Shown: positions 1-13,200 of the stretch, in pieces
How positions within the stretch are numbered: the first letter of the stretch is position 1
Layout: the number at the start of each line of letters is the position of its first letter
NCBI GenBank assembly: GCA_977862235.1
Contig: OZ374562.1
Coordinates: forward strand, 868,001 to 932,000
Direction of reading: 5' to 3'
DNA from: Dudresnaya verticillata
Lineage: Eukaryota
DNA length: 64,000 bases
Notes under the pieces: generated by a model
The model's database searches: none
What the model was told of the DNA's origin: nothing
The model's input: the letters and a program-made list of their open reading frames with translations, nothing else
Program-made: the position numbers and the translations under genes

Positions 1-784
1 CGAATCTAGCGAGCATCGCATCGTCCTCCAAGACGCACATCTCTCGGATCCGTTCGCGTGGTATCGTTAAGTTACTCACGCGGACGGCCGAGGGTGACGC
101 CGTTGGCGGTTGACTTTCGCGGTTTGACCGGTCGGGTGTCCCTTGCGCCTTTTGACTTGGCGAATTCGGCTTAGCCGGCGAACAACCGGCACTGCCGTGG
201 GGAGTGGGGCAACATGCCCCTTGTGTCAATGGTTCGTCAGCGACGTTGCGCTCCGCGGAGTGCGCTTGATCGTCGTTGACGGGGATGGTTGGTTGATCCG
301 AAAGTTCCGGTTGTCCCGCGACGATGTCGGCTTGTGTTCCGTCTACGACGTCCTGTTGCTCGGCTTGTACTGTATCAGCCGAGTCAACGTAGGAGCGGTA
401 GGTGCGGAGGGCCGATCCCTCGGGGACGGAGGTGCGGACGACGACGGGGTTGCGCGTCGGCGGGGGAGGTAACTCTCCTCCGTTGAGCGACGCGTGGGAG
501 CGTGCGTGGCCGTGGCCCGGGGTAGCGTCGGGAACGCCGACGCTATCTCGGGACTCACGAGGCGCCCAGACCTCGTTGTCATCCGCTGTAGCGACGTCTC
601 TGACGCGGGTACACTCCCAGGCGTCGAAGACGGTCTTCTTGAACTTGGGCCTCGCGACGGCAGCGGTCGTGAGGCCATGATACAATCGTAGAGTTGCTTG
701 AACGTCGTGGACGATTAGCGACAAACGTCACAAGACGGAGAGTCGGACGTCGCACGACGGAGTAACTCGTTGAAACGTAGCACA

Positions 785-803
785 ATTCTAGGTCGGGAGA
801 CCA
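785..803 (-). promoter_or_regulatory. primer-binding site, likely tRNA-Tyr
   Basis: TGGTCTCCCGACCTAGAAT on the minus strand, 2 nt after the LTR ...CA end; identical to 60760-60778. Confidence 0.8.
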
Positions 804-805
804 GA

Positions 806-1707
806 TGTGGTGCAAACGTCTGTAGACGATGGACCGCCGAGCAGTTCGGGGCTCGGTGGGTAGCTGCGCCCTCGGCGGTAGGTAGTCCCGCCGTGGGCGA
901 CTTGGTGGTAGAGCAAAGGGGCACGCCTTGGGCGGACTGTAAACGCCCGAGGCGGAAAGGAAGGAAAAGGGAAAGAGAAGGGAAACACGTCAAGGACGAT
1001 GGTAGACGTGGAAGCACGGGAGGCAGACGCTTAGCCGTAGGCAGCGGTAGAATGCGCGCGTGCGGAACGGGGAAGTTGGACCAAGGCCGGCTTGCCCGGG
1101 CGTTTACTGTTACGTCTGGGACGGCTTACCTAAGTATAGTACGGCGATGCGGCGGCGGCGGTGCGTATGCGTAGCGCGGGAACTCGGGACACGTGTCGTC
1201 CCGAGGCGCGTCTGACAGATCACCGATTGCATGCAGCCGCGCGCCTGACAGGTTGCCGTGCAATCCCCTGTACGGGTGCTTACACACACACGTGGACGCG
1301 TGGGCCTTACAGCCGTGCGTGCGCGCGCACTGTAGAGCGTGCGCGTTGGATCTAATCCGATACTTGTCCGATCCCGATCCCATCCGGATCGGGCCAGCGA
1401 TGCGAATACCCGCAGCCTTACAGGCGCGGATCTTACAGCTTAGGCGATCCGGATAGCCAATCTGGATACCGGATCCTGATCCCATCTGGATCCGTATTAC
1501 AGTGTCCCGGGGCGCCACGTTGGGCCATCACCGTACAGTGCCCGCGTGGCGCGCGGCGCGCAGTGTGCGCGCGCGCCCTAGTGAGCCGTCGATGATGGGT
1601 TCGCGCGCCGACGGCAGTGGTGAGCGCCGGTGGCGGTTTCTCCGTCGGTCGACGTATTTGGTCTGCCCGCTTTCAGCGAAAAAGGGCTCACCTCCCCTTG
1701 CACCACA
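806..1707 (-). repeat. 5' LTR (902 bp)
   Basis: 10-bp inverted termini TGTGGTGCAA (806-815) and TTGCACCACA (1698-1707). The minus-strand start TGTGGTGCAAGGGGAGGTGAGCCCTTTTTCGCT aligns with TGTAGTGCAAGGAGTGGGGCTCCCCTTTTTCGCT at 59689. Internal blocks such as CACGCTCTACA and GCTGTAAGG are shared. Confidence 0.85.
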
Positions 1708-2563
1708 CCCATGGCAGCGATACCACAACAAATCCGAAACGGTAGAGGTCCGCGCTTGAAAATAGCCATGCACCCATTGGCTTTGCCATACAAATTCTCT
1801 CCGATTCGGAACAACGCCAATGCGTTGATTCGCCTTGAAGGGTTGCGCCATGAAGGCCTTATACCTTCTTGCTTCCAAGACGGTTGGATACTTCTCGATG
1901 AAGTAGTCCGCCGTCATCGGGGGCTTAATCTTTGCCCTATACGCATCGGTTCTAGCCGGGCGCCTCGCGCGATGATCAAAGTGGTGCCCCGGCCAATAAC
2001 CACTCGGGGCAGGGCCCTCTCCGTCACGGGTATGAACCACCGGCCACCAAGGCCCCGGTGCAGGTGGATTGATTTGCGGGGGCCCACACATCCGTCTCGG
2101 TGCACTTGATGAAGGATGTGAACTCGCCACCATCCTACGACGCGGCGTCGATACCGGTGTCAATGGTGCCCGTAACGGAATGGCCAGTAGGTCTGCCAAG
2201 CTGAGCTCCTCGCCATCACGACGGAATGCATCATCGCGGTCCTTGGTTGGCGCCTCTCCGTCACGGTGGTTCGCTAAACTCACTGGTAGCGCGGTCCTTG
2301 TGGCTGCGCTCGCAGCAAACCGATTCGGATCATAAACAGACCAACCTCGGCCCGCTGATGGAGCCAATGAAGGTTCCGTCACGGCAACGCTCGTACGACC
2401 GCCCGTTGCGGGTCGCGTCGCTGCCGCCGAGGAAGAAGCCGGTGCTTGAGTCGAAGCATCCGTAACGGTTAGCGCGCCCTGCGCCCTAGTCGTGGAAGCC
2501 GCGCGGGAACGCCGTGTCGGTTGAAAGGGCGACGGTGAGGGCTTGGTCTTCTCTCCTGACATG
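1708..2563 (-). pseudogene. ORF of unknown function cut by the LTR insertion at 1707 (probably TE-derived)
   Basis: Part of ORF 1528..2784. S/A/P-rich N-terminus followed by an aromatic-rich domain (PPMTADYFIEKYP...WQSQWVHGYF...WYRCHG) that stops at the LTR boundary. Confidence 0.45.
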
Positions 2564-3296
2564 GTGGGAGAAGCGCGCAAGAAAGGGAAGTGACTGATGA
2601 GAACACCTCCGTAGGAGCGAAGAAAGGAAGCAGGGTGTTGAAAAACGGCTCTCGTCACTTTTATGGACAGTAAGAAGTCCTCATGAATACAAAAACTTAA
2701 TAGAAGCTGCCAAGCCGCGGTTCCATCAGAAGCAAGTGCATGATGAAGGGAAGCCCGTCGGTATTTTGGATTCAAGTACGGCATGAGTCCTTGTATCCGG
2801 TCTGCTGTTGCTGCGATAATTACTGTTGCATGCAGCAGAAATGGTTGCAGCAGAGACTGCGGCTAGCTCAAAGTCGTCCTCCGCGGCTGGTGTGGGAGGA
2901 GAGATGTTCTCGGGGGGTTGTGCGTTGTGTGAAGTTGAGAAAATATCTGAAGTCACGACGCGCCACAATTGCGCTATTTTACATCTGGTGCTGCACCGGT
3001 AATCTGGGTCGGGGGTCGCCGGGTCGATACAAATCGCCTGATTTGGTGTCAGGCCTACCAGATTTTAAAGTACGTGATTGGTCAGAATGTGGCATTCTGG
3101 AAATCTGGCAATTCCTGGAAGCACCCACTCTTTCCCGACAGGCTTTAGGGGTTTAAAGTTTCTTTACCACATTGTTCACACGGGGATAGCTGATACTGTA
3201 GGACAAAGGAAACGATGAGAGCAAGAAGGGAGTGCTTCTGCAAAGCGGATGAGTGCTTTTGTAGTTGCAAGAAAGGTAGCAAATTTGTTGTTAACT

Positions 3297-3297
<1 letters not shown>

Positions 3298-3330
<33 letters not shown>
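3298..3330 (+). repeat. poly-G tract (33 nt)
   Basis: Uninterrupted G run, followed by CAAG-TGTGAAG. Confidence 0.95.
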
Positions 3331-3332
<2 letters not shown>

Positions 3333-3914
3333 AGTGTGAAGCCTTGGTTCCACTGGGAGTGAGGTTTCAATTTCGAGAACTTTGCTCTTCAATCAGATGT
3401 CGCATCATGCAATCACGGCAAAAATGTTTTTCTTGAGAACCGTCACTGTCTAGGGTGTCGTTCAGAAGCAAATACGAGAAACGTGGGCACTGAAGGAATT
3501 TGAGTCTTCTTGTATGTTGCTGCGAGTATCAATCCGCACGAACTAGCTCCTTCACTGAGCTTTGCTTGGGCCCTTTTTAGGGTTTCTCCCTACTTGTCGT
3601 ATGGGTCTCTGTTCCCTTAGCATCAAGACATGAGGGAGACCTCCTCTGCATCTCCGGATCACGAGAGCCGTCCGAAAAGCCGGTAACGCACTTCACTATC
3701 CATGGAATTTACTCATTGGCTGTAATGAGAGGATAGTGTCATATGGACTAGGTCCCTGTTGTGTTCCTTGTTTTGTAGATGGGGCGCCTCCTGTGCATGT
3801 TCGGTCCAAGGTGCCGAACAGTTTATAGTCGAATGCCCTGATCTTCATGCTTGATTACCTTCTCCACTTCTCCAAAAATATTCTCCGAGTTGGAACCGAT
3901 TACGCGTATCGCAG

Positions 3915-5512
3915 ATGACTACAGTACATTCAATGGCTCCGCGGGTGAAAGTTGTGCAAAACATCCTAGCAGCATGTGTCCTTCAGTTCTTCACTGGTGT
4001 GACCAACACCCTCAGCATCTTCACTCTGAAAGTCGAGGCCTCTGGATCTAGTCCTCACGATCTAGACGGAACTTGGTCTTTTGCTCTGTCGCTCATGCCA
4101 CTTTTCTCAACTATAGGAATGGTGACTACCGGCTTCGTTCTCCAGATTGAAGGCTTGAATCCAAACTTATGCGCATTTACCTTCTTCAACAACAAGAAAC
4201 GTCTATCCAACCTTATCGGTGTTCTCTCGGCTCTGTTGTACTCGGGGTACTCCTTTGCAGCACTGGGAGTTTCAGCTCGCTCAACAATTGTGATAGAGTT
4301 CGTAGTTGCGGCCATGGGCATACCTTCAGGGGTTCGTAAGTTCGATATTCCACTCTTATGACAGTTTAACTTCCAGTTTTGCGTTGTTGAACAGCGTTAA
4401 TGACGCTAACCGGTGTCCTTTCCCACGTAGACTACGCAATCTCGATCATGGCATTTAGTAGATGGTCACCGAGTCGCCCTGGTTTGGCAACAGGAATGGG
4501 AATCATGGTCAATGGAATGGGAACCGTCATTGCCACAGCTGTCTGTGCGCGAGTCATGGAAGAAGAGAACGGATACCTTCACGCACTTCACATATTGGCC
4601 ATAAGCTCGGTATCTGCAACTTCGGTGGGCTCCATAATTTTGGAAATGTCTTCAACAGAACCGGATGGCGACGAAGGAGCAAAAGAGAGCATTGCTATGT
4701 CATATAAGCTACTTGGATGGAATCGAAGCTTCTTGTTCTACCTTTTCTCTGTGTTCGCAGCACAAGCGTCTGTTGCCTTCATAGCTGGGTATTTCAGAGT
4801 GGGTGGAACGTTCGGAATATCGACTGCAGCCCTTTCCCTTTCTTTTCAGCTTTCGTACGCGTTAAGCACTGCTCTCCGTCCAATGGGAGGATACGTATGT
4901 GATATTCTGAAATGGGGCTCTGGTCTTTTCTCAGTCGGGTCCAAGAATGTCATGTGCTTGATCCATCTTCTAGAGATTCTTCTTCTTCTCGAAATGATAT
5001 ACTCTTCTGGCCGCAATGATTTCATCAGGATGAGTAGGGCAATGGCTGGAATGTTTCTGATGTACCCGTTTTCTCTTTCTTGTGCTCCTATTATATCTCG
5101 AGACATCTTTGGAGATAGGAAAAGTCCTCTTGTGTTCGGTATCGGCGGTTGCTTCGCTATTGGAGTTGGAGGTTTTTTCTTTACTGCAGCACTCTCTATG
5201 ATGAAGATTAATGTTGATGAAATGAAGCGTGGTCCTACGGCATTTACTCTCTTCTACGTTGCATGTGCAGCGGTGAACTTCGCGGGGCTTGTATTCTGCT
5301 TTATGATTCAGAAACAAAACGAACATGATCCGTGTTCAGCTTCCGACAGAGCCTGCGAGACGAATGTGAACGACACTGGGGGCCAATCCAATTTAACCAA
5401 AAATGGAGCACCAGCCCAAGAGTATGGATCTTGCGCTATGGTGAAGAAATCTTGTACCAACTTTCATGAGCACTTAGGAGACCAAGGGATAGAGCCATCC
5501 TTCTATTTGTAG
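3915..5512 (+). CDS. MFS transporter, OFA (oxalate:formate antiporter)-like; exons 3915-4335 and 4431-5512, about 500 aa
   Basis: Many hydrophobic helices and the MFS/OFA-type motif W-SPSRPGLATG. Intron GTAAG(4336)...CTAAC...TAG(4430) joins the two ORFs in frame (1503 nt). Alternative ATG at 3933. Confidence 0.85.
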
Positions 5513-8500
5513 AGATGGAGTTGACCGTTGCTGGATCCATAACGGAAGAGTTTCGAATTCTTTGCGAATGCTCATTCTCCACAACAGTGGTTGATGCGAT
5601 AGCTATTGATAAAAGAACGTCTCTGTTGGAATAAACGCTTCAAGTAGTCGAATCGCTTTCCTTTCCAAGTAATCTTAATCCATCGGCTTGGCTCTTATTC
5701 CAATATGCATCTCGTAGACATTCATAGAATGAATTTATTGAACCATGAAGTTGAAAGAGTTTTTGCGGGATGAATGATGGCCGTCGTTCAGGCTGCGCCC
5801 TCAGCGATTTTTGCGGTAGTACACTCTATTTGGAGGCAATCGGTACGTGCGAAGGCTCGGCGATGGGACGGGATCAAGCTCGAGATTGTGTGGGCAGTTT
5901 CGCTTCCGTTGTGGAAGGTTGAAAGAAGAAACTGCGGGTTGGGCAAGCTGTGGTAGAGGTAGACGGAGTGGAGGGTGTACAACACAGAGGGAGTGGAAGG
6001 TGTTGTCAGACGCAGCCCAAGCTGGCACTCTCGGGCAGTGTCCCCTGCCGCTTACAGTTGGAACACGTGTCCAGTCTGTCCTTGGCTGCTCATAGAACTG
6101 CAATAAAAAGTACTGTAAGATACAACAATAATTTGGGCAGCTTTTCGGCATAAGTCAACTACGTGTCTCAGTCAAGCTGCACTCTCTCGCCAGTTGTCGG
6201 TATAAAAATAAAAATATAGCCTCCGGAACAGGTACAGGCACCTTCCAGCACCTGCACCGCAACTACGAAAGCACTCTGATGCTGTCAAGGATGACTACTC
6301 CCTTCCCGTGCTTTGCTACAGCGCGGTCGGGACGTGTTGGTCTCTGGTAGTTGACACTTACATTGCGGTGTTCCCTGTATCCGGTCGGACAAGTAGCAGA
6401 TGGAGTCTGGTTGAACATCAGCGTGATTTTCTTGGGTTTTGGGCCCAAGAGAAACAATTGTGATAAATTGCAGTATGCGATTCAGTGCCATGGGCGCTTC
6501 CATTAAAGCGTAAGTCGGCAAATTATGGTCTAAACGTTAAAAACCTTTTTTGCCATGAAAGTATTATTGTATGGTGTACATTAACGTTGGAAGAGTATTG
6601 TATCAGCTCTGTAGATTGCATTGACACGGACTTAATTTGGCATTGTTGTACATGGCTTTGCCGTCTTTTCTTTCTTTTTATTGCGTTAGAGCTTGCCGTT
6701 CTTCAGAAGACAAAGGGCTCTCGCTGCACAGAGCACATCTTCGGAAATGGCTTTCCGTCTCTTAATCAACGGCTTAAGCAGCGGAAGTCCGACATCAGCC
6801 GTGCTGGAATCCGCCTGTACCCTGAAAGACTCTCTGGCTCTCTCCAAAGTGTGGTGGACGTGTGCGCTATGAGTACTCGGCGCAGGCGGTATTTTTTGTA
6901 CCTGCCGTACTCTCCTGACGCTGCTCTTCGCAAGTGATCGGTCCCTATTTTCTCTTTTGTGAATACTGAAAGTGGTCAGAGGGGGTCACAACAATTGAAT
7001 TGGATGGATTCTGTTAGATTAAACTATTATTAGCAATGTCCACCTTTTTTTCTGGTAGCACAGAAAGCACACAGTACCATGGTTGCGGTACTTACTTTTT
7101 CGAATGCCGGAATGCGTTGCTATGCTTGTCGAAGGGAGCCATACATTTTAGCTCCGCACACAACCATTTACATCTTCTGTTGTGAGGAGAGCTGCTCTGA
7201 TGCAACTGTTCAGGATAGATTAAAATTCAGTCGTTAATGGGTAAAGAAGTGGAGGTGTTAGCGTGATCCGAGGGAGAAAAGGTGCATCAAAAATCCATGG
7301 CAGTGCCGTGGACTCATTTTGGTGATGTGTAGCATGCGTACCATAATATTTTGAAACCCTTGGGTTGGCTTCCTGCAGTTATGAATGCTGCAACACCATT
7401 CTGTTTTGCTATGAAAGAACTCAACTAAAGCAGCCCCTCTTCTCGTAATTACTTCACTACCAGAGGGAGCATGATGGTGATTATACTTTAAGGGCAGCTC
7501 CAAAGCATTCGAAAATATGCTACTTCTGCTGGCATCGCTCTGTATTGTCACTAGGAGCTCACCAAGCTGCGCTAGAGCCCGAACTTGGGACTCAGAGTAC
7601 TTTGGAAAAGGTTGTTGAGGATAAGAATCCATTATTTTGGCTTTCTCTTCCCAGCTGTAGTAGGCAGTGCTAGCGGTAAGGTTTGCTTGGAATACATGTT
7701 CCCCTAAAGAATGGGTACGAGCGGAGTTTATATAGGAGCCTGCTCACTGAAATGGGGATGAGCAACTTTTTCTCAGGAGTCGTGAGGAATGCGTGTGACG
7801 TGAACCGCGTAGGACACGTCGGCACTGGTCTTGGCACTGCAAGAGTAAGTGAAAATGGCTTGAACTGTCATATTTTCAATCCTGCAATCGTGGAAGGTTG
7901 CTGCCAAGACACTTCGGACTCTTTGACGTGCATCATTGTTGGGATCTGTCGAAGCACTCTTGCTACAGCTTTTGAATTTTACTGTTGATATCATGTTCGA
8001 TTCATCGTACGCGCTGCATACAGTCACTGGAAATGCTCCTTAGCAAAAAGGCTACTCTGTTTATTTTTTTTGTATGCAATGAAAGCAACTTTCCCCTCCG
8101 CTTTGCTAACAGTGCCCGAATAAATAGAGTAGGACCACCTTGAAACAGCTCACAGGAGAGGATGCTAAGTTCTTCTGAACTGTTCCCTTTCCTTCGAAGT
8201 AAAATGCTGAATGCCCAATATCTCAAGCAGTACTGCGTAGCGGCGTTTAGGCTGGGTCTGGGGACGTCTTGTTTGCTATGTGAGAACGTAGTACTTTGAT
8301 TAAGATTTCCATTATTAAGATCGATGAAGGCGAATAAAACATTCTCGGAATCGAAACGACCTTGACTACGTCTATTTTAAGGTTCCACGTTAGAGACGTT
8401 TATCCCAATATCTCCTATTCAATGCAATATTTTTACGTACTCCGGTCCGGCAAGATGTGGTATATTAGGAACACGTACAAAAAAGGCAAGGTTTCGCGGA

Positions 8501-9191
8501 GCGCCTTTCATGGACATGGGCTAGGCATGGGCTAAGATATTTTTTGTTACCAGCTCTTTAGATTGGGTGATATCCGGTCAGCTCCAAGCTTCATCGCGAG
8601 CTCATTTTAATGGAGTGAACCGTGGCTCTTGCCTCAACGCGTAGAGCAGGCGAGTCTACAACCGAAATGGAGCTTATGGTGCGGGAGAAGGCAGTGTGTT
8701 CAGGCGATTGATATCCTGAGTCTTGGGAGAAGCGTTAAACAAAGAACAATGTAAGTCTGCATAAGACAGAAAGCTCCGTAAACGAGTAGAATATTCAGCA
8801 GCGCTACTCAGCAAGCGCCTTTAACGGCGTTAATCAGAACAGTGCCGCGATGGCGCGAGTGCGCGAAGCTCTCCGAGGAGGCTGCCTGTTACGCGCGGAC
8901 ACGTGTCCCAATGGGCATCGAAAGGCGCCGACACGAGTGGACCTTCCACCGCCACCTCGGACAACTTGTGGACACAACCCGCTCATCGCGCGGCATCAGC
9001 TCCACCTCGCAGCAGAATATTCCTTCACGCCGACATCGCAAGCGTCGCACTGACCAGCTCAGCAAGCACTGCCCCGCAAACATGTGCCCTCAGTCCACTG
9101 CCACCACTTCAGAGCAGCCCTCCCCGCGCTCAAACCCCGTCGACACCTGTACCACTCACGCCCCGTTCGCCCACCCCACCTCACCCGCGCC

Positions 9192-10670
9192 ATGCATCCG
9201 GCCCGACCGGTGCAGCAGTCGCTCGCCTGCGTCCTGCTCTTCCAGGTCGGCGCGCTGTACGCCTTCGGCGTCTTCGACGCCCCCATCTCCACCGCCCACC
9301 ACAGCCTGGCAGGCGTCTGGGCCGCTGCCATCTCAATCATGGCCTTCGTCGCCGTACCCGCCATGTTCGCCGCTGGCGTCTTTCTGGCCCGCCCCGAGCA
9401 CAAGACCCACCGCATCCGTCTGGTAGTAGATCTCTCATCTGTCTCGCTCGCAACCCTGGCCATCGCCGCTCCTGCCGTTGCCAACCCAGCCCCGCTGGTG
9501 CTTAACGTTGTCGTCGGCACTCAGGGAATTGCCTATGGAATTCGTAGGTTGCTTCTTTTCGACAATTTGTTCTGCTGCCACCCAGATAGAACCTGCCTGC
9601 AACAAAGTCTGACCGAACCTTTGCATTCTCGTCTGTCACCGTAAGTGTATGTCGTTGGTGTCGAGCTTCTAGCAGCTTGGTCCCCTTCCCGTCCGGGTTT
9701 GGCTGTCGGTGCAGGCCAGATGGTCTTCGGCTTCGGCTCCATTGTCTACACTGCCGTTTTCTCCAGCCTTTTGGATGCCTTCTCCTCTTCAACTGCTCTT
9801 CTCCTATCTGCTGTCCTTCTCGCTGTTCCAACCGCAGTCGCGAGTCGCTTTCTGTGCTGGCCTGATCAAACCCTTCAGGATCATCCAACAAGCGAGCCAG
9901 AGCAGTGCGAGGACGAGTGTGAAGGCCTTTTACTTCATTGGACCCAGCTTCCGCATCTAGTCCCTTTCTGGAGCTACGTCACTGCTGTTTTCGCTCTACA
10001 AGCCGGGTTTGGATTCATTCCGTACTTCTTCAGTATCGGCCTCACTTTCCAGCAAAGCAGGCATCAGGTTGTGCGCTATTTTGACATCATCCTACTATTC
10101 ACCGCCCTGCTTCGTCCCTTCGTAGGTATGCTCATTGACGTTCTGAAAGTGGGCCGAGGAGCGTTCGCGATCGGATCGAAGAACATGATGGTCATACTGC
10201 TCATATTGCAGTTGATCTTTTTTGTCGCTTTGGTGCCAATATCAACGGCCCAAAACTTTGTGTTGTTCTTGGTATTCACTGGCGTAATCGTTGCAATATT
10301 CGCGGCCGGAGCTTGTGCAGCTGCTATTGCTGCTCGTGAACTCTTCGGACCACAGAACAGCTCTCTTGTGTTTGGGGTCGGAGCCTCCATTTCAATGGGT
10401 CTAGGAGAGTTCTTCTTTGGCCGCGTGCTCGCAATTGTTGATCAATCTCATCGCTTTGGTATAACCCCAGCAAAGTACACTCCATTCTACCTCATTGGAA
10501 TTATTTGGAGTGGACTGGGCATACTTTTGAGTCTAATGATGCGGAAATACAATTCCATTCGTGTTGTGGAAGCAGAACTGAGGGACACGTGCCCGGAATG
10601 GAGTTTGAAACAGAGCGAGATAAGCGTCCGAAGCCATGTATCATATCGGGCATGTGATACTCCTGACTAG
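9192..10670 (+). CDS. MFS transporter, OFA-like, paralog of 3915-5512; exons 9192-9543 and 9646-10670, about 458 aa
   Basis: Motifs GALYAFGVF, WSPSRPGLAVG, LRPFVG..ID.LK.G.G.F.IGSKN and RELFG..NS.LVFGVG. Intron GTAGG(9544)...CTGAC...AAG(9645) is at the same position and phase as in the paralog; spliced length 1377 nt. The start codon is inferred. Confidence 0.85.
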
Positions 10671-12379
10671 GTGGAATGGAACATTGCTCATTCCCTGCAA
10701 CAATGCCTGTTCGTTAGCGGATTGGAAGGGCAGAATATTTCCGGACTATGCCATAGATGCGGGTAATTGCGCTAACAAGTCGTGCTCTCACACGTAACGT
10801 AGGCTAACGCCATACATCTTTTAAGGATATGTGCTAGCTCATAGGCTCTTGCAGCTGAAGCAGGCGCAATGTTTTAACCTTCTCCTCTGCAGATGCTTGC
10901 CTTTTACTGGGATCTCGAGGGTCAAAAGGGCTTGGTTGCCTGTTGCCTATTTTTCTCTCTTCAGCAGAGAGAGAACCATTAAAGAGAAGAGTGCAAGTGG
11001 ACTACTTAGCTAATCTAAGTACAGAAGGAGGGAATCTGACGTATAACAGTCAATTGACGGTGAGTGACGCTGAGTGCAACACATTGAATTCCAAAGAAGA
11101 ATATTTGGTTGATATGGAGACCTTCTCTTCAACAGGGACATCCGCGATACCAGCAACACTCCTGTTCAAGGACTTCCCAACTTTCCGGCATCAATAGCGT
11201 GACCCCTGACCCCTGACACAAGAATTGCTATTGCAGCACAAAATGGCTACTTTCCATGAAGGAAAATCATTCAGTGCCTCGATATGACTTGTATGAGACG
11301 TCTTCCTGGGGTCATCAACATGTGGAACATGAATGCACTTAAGAGCATGTGACGTGATAGTGTGTCTTACTGGGATTAGCGTCCGATTGAATGCCTTGTC
11401 GGTAGGTTACAAGAGATGAAGAGCGCTTCCTTGGTAGAGTGATAAAAGCCCCGGAAAGGAGGAATTGCGTAGAGTGGCTCCGAGCACTGCGACAGAAAGG
11501 ACATATGCAAGAATCAAAACCGGTCGCTTCGATCACCATTGATGGAAATAAAAGTCTTGCTTCCTCGGAGCCCCCATAAAGTTCCCATTCCCTTGTTGAT
11601 GAAACATTAATAGCTCTTTCCGGCAAGTCTCAGTATTTCTGTTCACCTCATCAATACACTACTGACTTAAAATCATTGTCAATACCGCCCAAGTCCTTCT
11701 TAGATGTGCTGGCCTGTTAAGCACTATGTAATCAGAATCATCTCGAACTGACACTAGCAAACAGCTTGCAAATCCCTCGGAGATCATTATAGTCCTCTTA
11801 CGATTCATTTCTCTAGAAGGACTTCGCTCAGATGCCCTCGCTCCCTTCCTCTAACTCAATTCCTAGCTTTTTGAATGGCTGTCTGCATCGTACGATCTCC
11901 GCCTGGCGACTATCGATCATCTGAGCTGCTTTTCTTTACCCTTAATTTCTTCATCAGTGCCACCACGCTCAAAAGGAGGCAGTTCGCAAGCACTCAACCC
12001 CTCCAAGTTCGCTTCATAACCACGCCGTCTAGCTACAAGTCATTCCTGTTTTGTATAGGCATATGCCTATCGCCTCGCCACCCAAGTCGTACTTTTCCAT
12101 CAGCCGCACCTGGGCAGCCTGTCACGCCAACTCCTAACGATCTCCTGTCATCCTTTTCCGCTTCGATGCTCTCATTTCCCTTTCATTGTTAGCTCCCTAG
12201 TTGGCGTCCTTTTGGCGATGTGAGTGCTAATGGGACATTTCTGTCTATGTAGGACATCTTGAATTCAAGACTGAATGAAGCGAGCAAATGTTTCCAATCT
12301 TTTCTTACTTCGCAACATCCCATATAGTACTGCTACTTGACATAAAAATAAGAACCTCAGAACAGTGACTAGTGTCTCA

Positions 12380-13200
12380 TTATGGCACCATGCTCATCCG
12401 TACGTGGAGGAATTCTTCCACTGTCATAACCCTTACTTTACCGAAAGCATCTTCGAGCACGAACGTTACTTGGCTGCGAGCATCCAGTGCTCTCGGGCAT
12501 GCGCTATTTCTCGCATGTAGCTGCCCCGTCGCTGATGCGCAACACCGCTTCCCAGCTCTCCACTGCGGCAGGTTAGAACCGAATTGACTTGTAATGGTTT
12601 CTATATACACAGTAGTGCCTTCGCAGCAAACTCATAGTTGTCTACATTTTCTCTCTAGGACAAAGGTATTGTAATCTCTATCTGCCGGTTAGCCTTAGGG
12701 GAGCAATAGACATGGCCTTTGTCTCTAGCACTAGTTGCGGTACAAATGACCTCTGCAAACAAAAGGTCTCCCCTCGATGCGGAATCCCAAGAAATTGTAC
12801 AGCTTTTTGTTTCTGCGTCTCATCTTTTGAGCTCTTCTGATCAGGGGGTACGGGTTGCAACCGTTTCGCTGCTCCTCTTTGTTAGTGGAAGATCAATTTC
12901 TGTAGCTACGAACGAGGTGTTTTGTTGTTTGTTTTGACGTAGTCTCATACGAGCAACTACGGACCGTGTGTAGGAGCATCTTTTGTTGAGAGGGCGATAG
13001 AACTAGTCTATTTATGGACAACAGGAAGTCTGGGTGGCAGATTATCCAGATATCAGGAATAGAACCGGAGATGCGCCTCAGGGTAGCTTTCATGGGATTC
13101 TTGAGGGCAGTCAGCTTCGAGGAGAACTGCTGTACGCGATCAGGGGCAGTGTGTGGCTGTGCTGCTGATAGCAAGAATAGTCGTCTTCAGGGGCTGGGGA
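12380..13200 (+). pseudogene. heavily decayed retrotransposon integrase remnant (tentative)
   Basis: Fragments in shifting frames: HHAHPYVEE (HHCC-like), ACSC...DAQHRF and ISGIEP...FLRAV resemble copia-type integrase motifs. Many stops. Confidence 0.3.

Larger units (their letters stand above)
1..1707 (-). mobile_element. 5' part of an LTR retrotransposon (probably Ty3/gypsy) running off the left edge
   Basis: LTR at 806-1707, PBS at 785-803, then the start of a low-complexity ORF (ATG 678, MASRPLPSRG...). The LTR and PBS are homologous to the element at 59689-64000, which has a recognisable gag. Confidence 0.8.

Noticed and set aside
939..1107. 11-bp inverted repeat GTAAACGCCCG as a MITE
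   Set aside because: Short, no TSD, and internal to an LTR.
3144..3153. Telomere-like TTTAGGG
   Set aside because: Single unit, no array.
3145..3436. Poly-Pro/poly-Gly ORFs
   Set aside because: Artefacts of translating the poly-G tract.
5600..8800. Genes in the short ORFs between the MFS paralogs
   Set aside because: No recognisable motifs and many stops; possibly decayed sequence but not assignable.
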